From Aquificaceae bacterium (GTDB lineage Bacteria; Aquificota; Aquificia; Aquificales; Aquificaceae), in assembly GCA_037924335.1 (NCBI GenBank), contig JAXSMZ010000002.1:91255-155254 (forward strand): a DNA stretch of 64,000 bases. The letters are read 5' to 3'. Under the pieces are notes generated by a model. It did no database searches, had not been told where the DNA came from, and worked only from the letters and a program-made list of their open reading frames with translations. Positions 19,892 through 28,952 of the stretch are shown here, piece after piece. A program made the position numbers and the translations under genes. Positions within the stretch are counted from its first letter, which is position 1, and each line of letters starts with the position of its first letter.

Positions 19892-20308
19892 CTATACCCG
19901 CTCCAGAAGTTTCTTTACTCTACTCTTTATTTCATCTCTTATCTTTCTAAAAAAGGCCATCCTCTCATCCTCCGAACCAGAAGCCTTTGCTGGGTCTGGA
20001 AGGTTCCAATGTTCAGTGCGTGCACCTGGAATGTACGGACAATTCTCGGCAGCGTCTCCACACAGAGTTATTATAAGGTCCATTTCAGGGTATGGTATCT
20101 CATCAAGAGGTTTGGAGATCTGTTTTGATATGTCTATACCATCCTCTTCCATAACTTTTATGGCCAAAGGATGAACGTATCCCACTGGATTTGACCCAGC
20201 AGAATACACTTCTACGTTCTTCCCAAAGAGCTTTGCAAAATACTTGGCGTAGCCTTCTGCCATCTGACTTCTTGCAGAGTTACCAGTGCATATAAATCCT
20301 ATCTTCAT
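19892..20308 (-). CDS. arsC: Arsenate reductase, thioredoxin-coupled (LMW-PTP fold)
   Basis: CTGNSARSQMAE, ITLCGDAAENCP, HW.LPDPA. Confidence 0.9.
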   Translation of the reverse strand: MKIGFICTGNSARSQMAEGYAKYFAKLFGKNVEVYSAGSNPVGYVHPLAIKVMEEDGIDISKQISKPLDEIPYPEMDLIITLCGDAAENCPYIPGARTEHWNLPDPAKASGSEDERMAFFRKIRDEIKSRVKKLLERV

Positions 20309-20309
20309 C

Positions 20310-21149
20310 TTAGTACCCAAAAAGCTCTTTATGGAGAAAACCATCAAAGACCTTACAGACGCTTCCTTCCAGAAACACCTCTCTTAGCTCATCATCAAAA
20401 TCTATCTTCAAAACGTCCCCACCTTTTGTTACAACATCTATTGGCTTATCCTTTACCAGCCCCTTTTTATAACTCACAATGGCAGCAGATGCAGCTCCAG
20501 TACCGCAAGCAAGGGTTTCACTCTCTACTCCCCTCTCGTAGGTTCTTATTCTAACACTCTTCCCAGAGGTAACCTTTACAAAGGTGGCGTTTGTCCCATA
20601 GGGTTTGAACTCTTCATGAAACCTTATACTTCTTCCGTATTTTACCACATCAAAGTTTTCAATGTCCTCAACCAGCATTACAAAGTGAGGTACTCCAGTG
20701 TTTATAAAGCTACCATCCAGTTTTTCACTATTTATCCATACTGTCATATCCCTATAGCCATGTGGCTGTGTAAGAAGAACTTTTACCCTTTTACCCTTTT
20801 CTAAAACTCTTGCTTTGACGACACCTACCAAAGTTTCGAATCTTACATCCTCTCCAGTTATACCGTTCTCGTAGGCGAACCTAACGGCACACCTTGAACC
20901 ATTCCCACACATACCAGCAACGGAACCATCAGAGTTAAAAAATTGCCACTTGAAATCGTTCTGTGGGTCATCTGGGTCTTCTATAAGAATGAGTCCATCA
21001 GCCCCAACCCCTGTATGCTGTGCGCAGACTTTTACAACAAACTCCTTCATGCCTATACCAAGAGCTTTTATAAACTCTTCAACTTCTCCCCTTCTGTTGT
21101 CAAAAACAACAAAGTCGTTCCCAGAACCGTGAAGTTTTATAAACCTCAT
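20310..21149 (-). CDS. dapF: Diaminopimelate epimerase
   Basis: K.HGSGNDF, GADG, MCGNG.RC, G.PH, ERGV..ETLACGTG. Confidence 0.96.
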   Translation of the reverse strand: MRFIKLHGSGNDFVVFDNRRGEVEEFIKALGIGMKEFVVKVCAQHTGVGADGLILIEDPDDPQNDFKWQFFNSDGSVAGMCGNGSRCAVRFAYENGITGEDVRFETLVGVVKARVLEKGKRVKVLLTQPHGYRDMTVWINSEKLDGSFINTGVPHFVMLVEDIENFDVVKYGRSIRFHEEFKPYGTNATFVKVTSGKSVRIRTYERGVESETLACGTGAASAAIVSYKKGLVKDKPIDVVTKGGDVLKIDFDDELREVFLEGSVCKVFDGFLHKELFGY

Positions 21150-21177
21150 ACTTTAATTTTAGCTTAAATTATTATTT

Positions 21178-21750
21178 ATGGACAGAAAAGAGGAGATACT
21201 GAGGCTGATAGAGGAGGGTTATAACAACGTAAAGTCTCTTTCTCAGCACTTTGGCGTTTCTCTTATGACAATATACAGGGATGTAAGGGACCTAGAGAAG
21301 GAAGGGAAGATAGTAAGAAAGCATGGAGAGCTAAAGCTTAAAGAGGAAGAAGCCAAAGATGAGAAAGTGGATGTCTGTTTTTACTGTACCAAGCAGGTAG
21401 ACAAGAGGCTTGAGTTTATTTATCATCTAAAGGGGAGGAAGATAAAAGCCTGTTGTGCTCACTGTGGGCTTTTACTGTATAAGGATATAAAAGAGGATGA
21501 TGTGGAATCTTGCATGACTTGGGACTTTATAACTGGAAACCCCATAAGTTGCTACTCTGCCTGGTACGTGGTAGGGTCATCGGCTCTTCCGTGCTGTAGC
21601 CCATCCGCTATAGCTTTTGCCAACAGAGAGGATGCTCAGAAGTTTGCCAAGGGTTTTGGTGGTGCGGTTTTGGACTTTGAAAGGGCCGTTAAGGGAATAG
21701 TCGAGCTTATGAAAAGGGGACAGAGGGTGGAGTTTATAGCAAAAGGATGA
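21178..21750 (+). CDS. DeoR-type HTH regulator with Cys-rich NosL-like domain (YcnK-like)
   Basis: FGVS.MTIYRD..LE HTH; CFYC, CCAHCG, PCCSPS..AF...DA.KF...FGG. Confidence 0.8.
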   Translation: MDRKEEILRLIEEGYNNVKSLSQHFGVSLMTIYRDVRDLEKEGKIVRKHGELKLKEEEAKDEKVDVCFYCTKQVDKRLEFIYHLKGRKIKACCAHCGLLLYKDIKEDDVESCMTWDFITGNPISCYSAWYVVGSSALPCCSPSAIAFANREDAQKFAKGFGGAVLDFERAVKGIVELMKRGQRVEFIAKG

Positions 21751-22349
21751 TGTACATAGCAATACTTCTTATCTTGTTCCTCAGCGCTTGCGCTCCAGTC
21801 CCTAAGCTTGTACCGAGGGAAAGCCAAGTTGTGAAGAAGGAAGACAATGCCCTTCTTTATCAGGAGGATAACGTAAAAGTTCTTGTACGCTCTAACGCAT
21901 GGAAGTATTCCCCATCAGACCTCACAAGCTATATAACACCCATTTACATAGAGGTCAAAAACCTCTCCAACAAAGAACTCATCATAAACAGACAGGACGT
22001 ATACCTAATGGATGAAAAGGGCAACCAGTACAACGCCCTTTCTCCATCGGATGTTGTCTCCGCTGTTGCTGCATGGCCAGACGTGAGTTTCTCTATAGGC
22101 ATGGCTTACTACTCCTCCCCCTTCTGGTTTGGCTGGTATCCTTACTATCCTTACCCAACTGCCAGGAGCTATCCAGACATCGCCAACTACGCCTTTATAT
22201 ACGGTAGCATAGAGCCAGGAGCTGTGTTAAAGGGTTTTGTGTACTTTCAGAAGGTTCCCAAAGATGTAAAGAGTCTGTCTTTAAAACTTGTCTATCATAT
22301 ATCAGGAGAGAGGAAAGCCGTCAGCTTTCCTTTTGATGTGATAAGGTAG
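21747..22349 (+). CDS. Putative lipoprotein
   Basis: Lipobox LSAC after a hydrophobic signal. Confidence 0.75.
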   Translation: MMYIAILLILFLSACAPVPKLVPRESQVVKKEDNALLYQEDNVKVLVRSNAWKYSPSDLTSYITPIYIEVKNLSNKELIINRQDVYLMDEKGNQYNALSPSDVVSAVAAWPDVSFSIGMAYYSSPFWFGWYPYYPYPTARSYPDIANYAFIYGSIEPGAVLKGFVYFQKVPKDVKSLSLKLVYHISGERKAVSFPFDVIR

Positions 22350-22356
22350 TTTTTAA

Positions 22357-22585
22357 CATAAATCTTGCAAGAAGTCTCCATCCTCTATAGGGTGGAGATG
22401 AATTGCAAAAACTTGACAAAGTTCATATGTCAGTCTATAATTATTTGTAGCTCTGAAAACCAAAGAGTTGGGCTCACCCACCTAACGGGTGGTAGGGCTG
22501 GAACGGTCCGAACTGAAGCCTGTGGAGAGGTGAAAAGCCTCCATGAAGCAGGAAGCTCCATCTTCTATAAGATGGAGTAGTTCAC
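22357..22585 (+). mobile_element. Non-autonomous IS200/IS605-type mini-element A (left-end hairpin, promoter, omegaRNA-like scaffold, right-end hairpin)
   Basis: Follows TTTAA; LE TTGCAA-GAAGT-CTCCATCC..GGGTGGAG-ATGAA-TTGCAA; RE GAAG-CTCCATCTT-CTAT-AAGATGGAG-TAGTTCAC; homologous to 38941-39155; excision restores the mscS end RTVYLK. Confidence 0.85.
22413..22441 (+). promoter_or_regulatory. Consensus sigma70 promoter inside mini-element A
   Basis: TTGACA-N17-TATAAT. Confidence 0.85.
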
Positions 22586-22605
22586 ATATACTGTCCTTAC
22601 AGGGA
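22448..22605 (+). ncRNA. Putative TnpB omegaRNA/reRNA (scaffold to 22585 plus about 16-20 nt flank-derived guide)
   Basis: Resembles tnpB 3'-end sequence (GGTAGGGCTGGAACGGTCCGAACT.AAGCCTGTGGAG..GAAGCAGGAAGCTCC..GTTCAC); hairpins co-vary with copy C; ends are inferred. Confidence 0.65.
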
Positions 22606-23596
22606 ATGGTATCTTTATGTTCTCCTCCTCGTATCTCTTTTTAAGCCTTTTTATGAACTCATGTCTTACCAAAAACTGGGCATCAGGGTCCATTACTCTT
22701 AAGATGACGCTAAAGTTTATGCTAAAGTCTCCAAAGCTCGAGTACCTTATGAAGGGTTCAAATTCTGGGTCTGCTCCCTCTACAGTCTTTTGAACCTCCC
22801 TTGCCACATCTACCGTCACGCTTTCCACCTTCTCAAGGTCCGAAGAGTAGCTCACACCTACAGGGATAATCAGAGCCATGGATGGCTCTGGTTTTCTGTA
22901 GTTTACCACCACAGAGCTAACAAGCTTTGAGTTTGGTACTACAACTATGTTGTTGTCCCTCCTTTTTATTACAGTATTCATCCAAGTTATATCCACAACA
23001 AAGCCCTCTTCCCCATCCTCTAACTTTACAAAGTCCCCTATCTCTACCTGTCTCGATGCGATTATATTAAGCCCAGAAAAGAAGTTGGACAAAGTTCCTT
23101 GGAGTGCTAAAGAAATAGCAAGAGCACCTATGCCTAAGGTTGTTATAAAGTGTGTGACTGGAACACCTAAGAAGTTGAGCAAAGTTATCACACCAAGGGC
23201 TATTACGGTAGCCCTTATAAGAGCGTATATCAACGCTGTTGGTGGTAAAGATATGTTGGACTTCTTTATATAAAGTTTTATTAGCCCTACAGTTAGCTCA
23301 GAAGCGGCAAAAGTAAAAGAGAATATCAGCAAACCTTCTATAAGTTTTTCTAAAAGTGATGCGTACCTTGTGTGTTTTTGTAAATATTCGGAAAAATAGA
23401 TAGCCAAGTAGAGTGAAAAAGAGAGGATCCAAAGTACAGATGGTAGCCTTACAGCTCTATGTAGAGTCTCAAATAAAGATACTCCTTTTAGCTTTTTCTT
23501 GAGAATGTGGAAGGTAATATATCGTAAGAAGAGAAGGAAAAAGGAAGAAACAAAGAAAATGAGCAAAGGTGATACATACACTTCCCAGTAATTCAA
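22565..23596 (-). CDS. mscS: Small-conductance mechanosensitive channel
   Basis: LALQGTLSNFFSG, IGDFV, VPNS, GVSY.SD, IPFPVRTVY; the current stop lies inside mini-element A. Confidence 0.92.
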   Translation of the reverse strand: MNYWEVYVSPLLIFFVSSFFLLFLRYITFHILKKKLKGVSLFETLHRAVRLPSVLWILSFSLYLAIYFSEYLQKHTRYASLLEKLIEGLLIFSFTFAASELTVGLIKLYIKKSNISLPPTALIYALIRATVIALGVITLLNFLGVPVTHFITTLGIGALAISLALQGTLSNFFSGLNIIASRQVEIGDFVKLEDGEEGFVVDITWMNTVIKRRDNNIVVVPNSKLVSSVVVNYRKPEPSMALIIPVGVSYSSDLEKVESVTVDVAREVQKTVEGADPEFEPFIRYSSFGDFSINFSVILRVMDPDAQFLVRHEFIKRLKKRYEEENIKIPFPVRTVYVNYSIL

Positions 23597-24252
23597 AAAT
23601 AATACCTCCCCTTTTTATAAAAGACCCTTGCCAGAATATAGCCCACTCCAAAACCTCCAATGTGAGCAAACCATGCAACACCTCCAAACTTAGCAAAGGG
23701 CAAAGTAAGAATACCGTTTATGACCTGAATGATTATCCAGAAACCTATGAAAAAAACGGCAGGAACTTCCATAAAGGTCAGTACAAAGAACACAGGTACC
23801 AAAGAAAGTACCCTTGCATGTGGGAACATCCAAAGGTACGCTCCCATAACTCCGCTGATGGCACCGCTGGCTCCAACCATAGGCACAGATGTCCCACCCA
23901 AAAGGAAGCTAACAAAAGTTTGCAAAAAAGCTGCACCAACACCAGACAATAAATAGAAGGTCAAGTACCTTATCTTTCCAAGCCTGTCCTCTACGTTATC
24001 CCCAAAAACCCAAAGAAACCACATGTTCCCTATAATGTGTAGCCAGCTACCGTGTAAAAACATATGCGTTAAAAGGGTGTAAGGCTTGTGGAAGACTTCA
24101 GCAGGAACAAGTCCATAAGAATAAACAAAAGCGTTCATCCTCTGTTCGTCTAAGCTAACCTCAAAAAGCCACACCAGAGAAGAAACAACTATCAAGGCTA
24201 TGTTCACAAGGGGAAAACTTCTGCTCCTGTTTATATCCCTTATTGGAATCAT
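23593..24252 (-). CDS. Rhomboid intramembrane serine protease
   Basis: HMFLHG.W.HI.GNM, GASGAI, AHIGG. Confidence 0.92.
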   Translation of the reverse strand: MIPIRDINRSRSFPLVNIALIVVSSLVWLFEVSLDEQRMNAFVYSYGLVPAEVFHKPYTLLTHMFLHGSWLHIIGNMWFLWVFGDNVEDRLGKIRYLTFYLLSGVGAAFLQTFVSFLLGGTSVPMVGASGAISGVMGAYLWMFPHARVLSLVPVFFVLTFMEVPAVFFIGFWIIIQVINGILTLPFAKFGGVAWFAHIGGFGVGYILARVFYKKGRYYF

Positions 24253-24426
24253 AGAAATAGTATAAAAAATTTCTTTAATTCTAAATGGCAGTGTCAGGGT
24301 GTTTCAAAAATACGTCCCTGCAGTAAGCACGGGACCATCTTCTCATTTTGAAAAGCCTCATGAAATATTAACAAATTCTTCACCAAAGTATATATTATAT
24401 TCTTTTATATCGCTGGAGGTTATGTT

Positions 24427-26181
24427 ATGACAAGGAAAGGAGCGGATATAGTTATAGAGACTCTTAAGGAAGAGGGTGTTGAACATATATTTGGACACCC
24501 TGGTGGTGCCATAATGGAAGTGTACGATGCCCTTTACAGAGATGGAAGTATAAAACATATATTGACTAGGCATGAGCAGGGGGCTGGCCATATGGCAGAA
24601 GGTTATGCAAAAGCCACAGGAAAGGTTGGAGTTGCCATGTCTACATCGGGACCAGGAGCAACAAACCTTGTTACAGCCATAGCGGACGCTTACATGGACT
24701 CTGTCCCCGTTGTCTTCATAACTGGGCAGGTACCAACTCATCTTATAGGAAACGATGCTTTCCAAGAGGTTGACATAGTTGGAATAACAAGACCTATAAC
24801 AAAGCATAACTTCCTTGTAAAGGATATAGAATCCCTGCCCCTTATAATAAGGGAGGCCTTTTACATAGCAAGGGCAGGAAGACCTGGACCAGTTCTCATA
24901 GATATACCGAAGGATATAACTCAGAAGTTTTCGGATGTTGCCATACCAGACATGGAAAAGGTCATAAATTCCCTTCCAGGTTACAAGCCACACACAGAAG
25001 GAAATCCACAGCAGATAAGAAAGGCTGCAAGGCTAATAATGGAGGCAAAGAGGCCTGTTTTGTACGTGGGTGGTGGAGCCATCCATGCTGAGGCTAATAA
25101 GGAAGTTTTGGAACTTGCAGAACTGATGAACATACCAGTCACCACCACAAACATGGGAAAGGGTGCTTTTCCAGAAACCCATCCCCTTGCACTCCATATG
25201 CTTGGAATGCATGGAACTTACTATGCCAACATGGCTGTTTACAACTGCGACCTCCTTATAGCAGTAGGGGCAAGGTTTGACGATAGAGTAACTGGTAAAG
25301 TGGAGGAATTTGCGCCGCAGGCTACCATTATACACATAGACATAGACCCAGCATCCATATCGAAGAACATAGTTGTTGATGTGCCCATAGTAGGAGATGT
25401 AAAAATTGTCCTTAGAAAGCTTATGGATGAGATAAAGAAGGAAGGTGCCAAGGTGCTTTTCTTAGAGGAAAGAAACAAATGGGTAGAACAGATAGAGAGA
25501 TGGAAAAAGCTACATCCTTTGACCTACAGAAACTCTGACAAAGTCATAAAGCCCCAGTACGTTATAGAACAGATATGGTACGCAACAAAGGGAGATGCCA
25601 TAATAGCAACTGGTGTAGGACAGCACCAGATGTGGTCAGCTATGTTTTACAAGTACTCCTTTCCAAGGCAGCTCATAAACTCCGGTGGGCTTGGTACTAT
25701 GGGGTTTGGTCTGCCTGCCGGCATAGGAGCAAAGATAGGCAGGGAGGATAAAGAGGTCTTTGTGATAGATGGAGATGGCTCTTTTATGATGACCATGCAA
25801 GAGCTTATAACTGCAGTTCAATACCGTGTGCCTGTAAAGATAGCGATAATAAACAACGGATACCTTGGTATGGTGCGCCAATGGCAAGAGCTCTTCTATG
25901 AAAAGCGTTATTCAGAGGTGGACCTTAGCGTACAGCCAGATTTTGTCAAACTTGCGGAAGCGTGCGGTGCAGTAGGCTTTAGAGCCCAAAAGCCATCTGA
26001 GGTGAGGGAAATAGTAGAGGAAGCTCTAAAGGTTCAGGATAAGCCTGTAGTTATGGACTTTCATGTGGACAGGGAGGAAAACGTCCTTCCTATGGTACCA
26101 GCAGGAAAGTCTTACAAGGATATGATACTTGAGGATGGCAAAAAGGGTGTAGAAGCAGATACAATGTATCTTGTAGGTTGA
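24427..26181 (+). CDS. ilvB: Acetolactate synthase large subunit
   Basis: RHEQGA.HMA, TSGPGATN, GMHG, RFDDRVTG, GDGSF, LGMVRQWQ. Confidence 0.96.
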   Translation: MTRKGADIVIETLKEEGVEHIFGHPGGAIMEVYDALYRDGSIKHILTRHEQGAGHMAEGYAKATGKVGVAMSTSGPGATNLVTAIADAYMDSVPVVFITGQVPTHLIGNDAFQEVDIVGITRPITKHNFLVKDIESLPLIIREAFYIARAGRPGPVLIDIPKDITQKFSDVAIPDMEKVINSLPGYKPHTEGNPQQIRKAARLIMEAKRPVLYVGGGAIHAEANKEVLELAELMNIPVTTTNMGKGAFPETHPLALHMLGMHGTYYANMAVYNCDLLIAVGARFDDRVTGKVEEFAPQATIIHIDIDPASISKNIVVDVPIVGDVKIVLRKLMDEIKKEGAKVLFLEERNKWVEQIERWKKLHPLTYRNSDKVIKPQYVIEQIWYATKGDAIIATGVGQHQMWSAMFYKYSFPRQLINSGGLGTMGFGLPAGIGAKIGREDKEVFVIDGDGSFMMTMQELITAVQYRVPVKIAIINNGYLGMVRQWQELFYEKRYSEVDLSVQPDFVKLAEACGAVGFRAQKPSEVREIVEEALKVQDKPVVMDFHVDREENVLPMVPAGKSYKDMILEDGKKGVEADTMYLVG

Positions 26182-26191
26182 GGTGAAGATC

Positions 26192-26767
26192 ATGAGTGAT
26201 ACAGTTGGGAAAGCACAGATAGAGGCTGTAAAAGCTCCAATGCTTAGAGAGGTCAAGAAGGGTCAAACAAGAAAGCACATTATAACCCTTCTTGTCAGGA
26301 ATGAGCTTGGTGTTCTTGCGAGGATAGCTACTCTCATAGCTGGCAAAGGATATAACATAGAAGGGTTGTCTGTAGGAGAAACTCATGAAAAGGGGATTTC
26401 CCGCATGACCATAGAGGTCATAGGGGACGATGTGATTATAGACCAGGTAGTCAAACAGCTTAGAAAGCTCATAGATACCATAAAGGTTAGAGACCTAACA
26501 GATGCATCCCATGTGGAGAGGGAGCTTGTTTTAATAAAGGTTCATACCTCCACACCAAGAGCAAGAGACGAAGTCTTAAGGCTTGTGGAGATATTCAGGG
26601 GGAAGGTAGTAGATGTGTCCCCAAACACTTATACAGTGGAGATAACAGGCACAGAAGACAAAATAAAAGCTTTTATAGACTTGGTTAAGCCCTATGGAAT
26701 AGTAGAAATGGCAAGCACAGGGAAGGTAGCGTTGAGGAGAGAAATATCAGGAAACGAGGAGGATTGA
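26192..26767 (+). CDS. ilvN: Acetolactate synthase small (regulatory) subunit
   Basis: ACT domain N..GVLARI..L....YNIE.LSV, ERELVLIKV. Confidence 0.94.
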   Translation: MSDTVGKAQIEAVKAPMLREVKKGQTRKHIITLLVRNELGVLARIATLIAGKGYNIEGLSVGETHEKGISRMTIEVIGDDVIIDQVVKQLRKLIDTIKVRDLTDASHVERELVLIKVHTSTPRARDEVLRLVEIFRGKVVDVSPNTYTVEITGTEDKIKAFIDLVKPYGIVEMASTGKVALRREISGNEED

Positions 26768-26768
26768 T

Positions 26769-28241
26769 ATGGACGTGATCTCGCACAAGAAAACCTATAA
26801 AGAGATAATGGAGTTTCCAGTTGGAGTGTTTGTTTTTGAGGAGGATTTTGAAAACCTCGGATACATAGGGAAGTATCAGGAAAAAGTCAAAAAGGTTCTC
26901 TCCGTAGAGAACTTCAAAGGGAAGGAAGATACCATTATCAAAGTTCCGACAGTTGAGGATGATAGGGTAAGTGTCTTTTATATAATGGGGCTTGGTAAAA
27001 AAGATAAAGTGGGGCTTGACCAGTACAGGAGAGCTTCGGCCATCTTTGTGAAAAGGCTCAGGAAGGACAATGTGCTTAAAGCTTACCTTTACGCTGGGGA
27101 GGATATGGATCACAGAAAGACAAAGGCCATAACGGAAGGTCTTATCTTAGGAAATTACAGCTTCGATAAGTACAAAACGAAGAAAGATGAGGAAAAACTT
27201 ACAAAGGTGGAAAGCGTAAGCATATACGGAGGGGATGAAGAGGGTATAAGGGTTGGAAGCATACTGTCTGAAGCTCAAAACTTTGCCAGGGACCTTGTAA
27301 ACGAGCCAGGTAACGTGATAAATCCCATAACCTTAGCAGAGATGGCTCAAAAGTTAGCAAAGGAGTACAGTATAGAGTGCAGAGTTTACGACGAGAGAGA
27401 GATCCAAGAGATGGGAATGAACGCCCTTTGGAGTGTAGGGAAAGGCTCTTCAACTCCACCAAGGTTTATACATCTCCTTTACAAACCAGAAGGGGAGCCA
27501 AAGGATAGGATAGTCATAGTGGGAAAGGGGCTTACCTTTGACAGTGGGGGACTGAACATAAAGACTGGCGATTATATGAGAACTATGAAGATGGATAAAT
27601 CTGGAGCTTGCGCCGTACTTGGAATTATGAAGGCTCTATCCTTGCTAAAACCAAACATAGAGGTTCATGGGGTCATAGGTGCTGCTGAGAACATGCCAAG
27701 CGGTAGCGCTTATAGACCTGATGACATAATAAGGGCTATGAACGGAAAGACCATTGAAGTAGATAATACGGATGCGGAGGGAAGAATAACGCTGGCAGAT
27801 GCTCTTTCGTACGCTTCCAACTTAAAGCCATCTTTTATCATAGACTTGGCAACGCTTACAGGTGCATGTATAGTTGCCCTTGGCGAATACACAGCAGGCC
27901 TTTTCACCAACGATGATGAGTTTGGAGACCTCCTTCTGGCAGTTTCAAAGGAAACAGGAGAAAGGCTATGGAAACTACCCATGGATGACAAAAAGCTAAG
28001 GGAAAAGCTTAAAAAAGCTGATGCGGACGTTGTAAACACCGCTGGCAGGTACGGAGGCGCAATAACAGCTGCCATGTTTTTGGAAGAGTTTGTAGGAGAA
28101 GGTATAAAATGGGCTCACATTGATATTGCTGGACCAGCTTACTTTAAGGAGGAGTTCGGATACTACTCAAAAGGTGCAGCTGGCTTTGGTGTTAGAACAT
28201 GTCTTGAGTGTATACTCAGATTAGACAAGGTCAACCCTTAA
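26769..28241 (+). CDS. pepA: Leucyl aminopeptidase (M17)
   Basis: VGKGLTFDSGG, MK.DK.G, NTDAEGR..LAD, ATLTG. Confidence 0.95.
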   Translation: MDVISHKKTYKEIMEFPVGVFVFEEDFENLGYIGKYQEKVKKVLSVENFKGKEDTIIKVPTVEDDRVSVFYIMGLGKKDKVGLDQYRRASAIFVKRLRKDNVLKAYLYAGEDMDHRKTKAITEGLILGNYSFDKYKTKKDEEKLTKVESVSIYGGDEEGIRVGSILSEAQNFARDLVNEPGNVINPITLAEMAQKLAKEYSIECRVYDEREIQEMGMNALWSVGKGSSTPPRFIHLLYKPEGEPKDRIVIVGKGLTFDSGGLNIKTGDYMRTMKMDKSGACAVLGIMKALSLLKPNIEVHGVIGAAENMPSGSAYRPDDIIRAMNGKTIEVDNTDAEGRITLADALSYASNLKPSFIIDLATLTGACIVALGEYTAGLFTNDDEFGDLLLAVSKETGERLWKLPMDDKKLREKLKKADADVVNTAGRYGGAITAAMFLEEFVGEGIKWAHIDIAGPAYFKEEFGYYSKGAAGFGVRTCLECILRLDKVNP

Positions 28242-28952
28242 TATGCTTATGTTGTCTCTTCCCCCTCTTTTAAGCGCCAACAGCAAAAGCTCAGAGGGTG
28301 ATAAAAAAAGCTCATAGTCTTGAGTTGCTTCCCAAAGTCCATCGGAGCATATTAAGAAACTTTTGTAACTGTTGGCTTTCCCTATGTGAACCTCAAACTC
28401 TTCAAAGCTTGGGCTGCCTATCAAGGCAGATGTCAATAAGTGCCTGTTGGGATGAGTTTTTGCTTCTTCTTCTGATATGTAGCCAAGGCGTACAAGCCTT
28501 TCTACCTCTGTATGGTCAACTGTAAGCCTTTGTATTTTCTCATCCTCCAACCCATAAACTCTACAATCCCCCACATTGAAGACAAAAGTTCCTTCATCAC
28601 TCAATACCAGACCAGCCAAAGCAGTACCAAGACCGTATGCATAGGCATTTTCCCTTGCAAACTCTTCCAATCTATCCCTAGCCTTATGTAAAGCACGGAT
28701 TATATCCTCCGAGCCTTTTGGTCTCAGCTCCATCAGAGTTTGAAGTGCAAACCTGCTTGCCATCTCCCCAGCTGCGTGTCCACCAAGACCGTCCGCAACG
28801 GCAAATATAAGATGATCACCCTCCCTTTCGAAGCAAAGGGGTGAGGTCATAACTTCCTCCTGCACTACCATATCGTTCAAAAGCAACGCATCCTCATTCC
28901 TATCCCTCAACTTTCCTCTGTGAGTTATACCGCATACCTTCACCCTATACAT
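28221..28952 (-). CDS. PP2C/PPM-family Ser/Thr protein phosphatase
   Basis: R.RNED, VADGLGGH..GE.AS, NVGD.R.Y, ICSDGL, GGRDNIS. Confidence 0.92.
   Translation of the reverse strand: MYRVKVCGITHRGKLRDRNEDALLLNDMVVQEEVMTSPLCFEREGDHLIFAVADGLGGHAAGEMASRFALQTLMELRPKGSEDIIRALHKARDRLEEFARENAYAYGLGTALAGLVLSDEGTFVFNVGDCRVYGLEDEKIQRLTVDHTEVERLVRLGYISEEEAKTHPNRHLLTSALIGSPSFEEFEVHIGKANSYKSFLICSDGLWEATQDYELFLSPSELLLLALKRGGRDNISILRVDLV

Noticed and set aside
22365..22580. 71-aa ORF, plus the similar 66-aa ORF at 38950-39150 and the 63-aa ORF at 38696-38887
   Set aside because: They are translations of the mini-elements. The starts lie upstream of the internal promoter or lack an RBS. The tnpB-tail-like residues (GRAGTVRT.ACGE) reflect the RNA scaffold's origin, not a protein.
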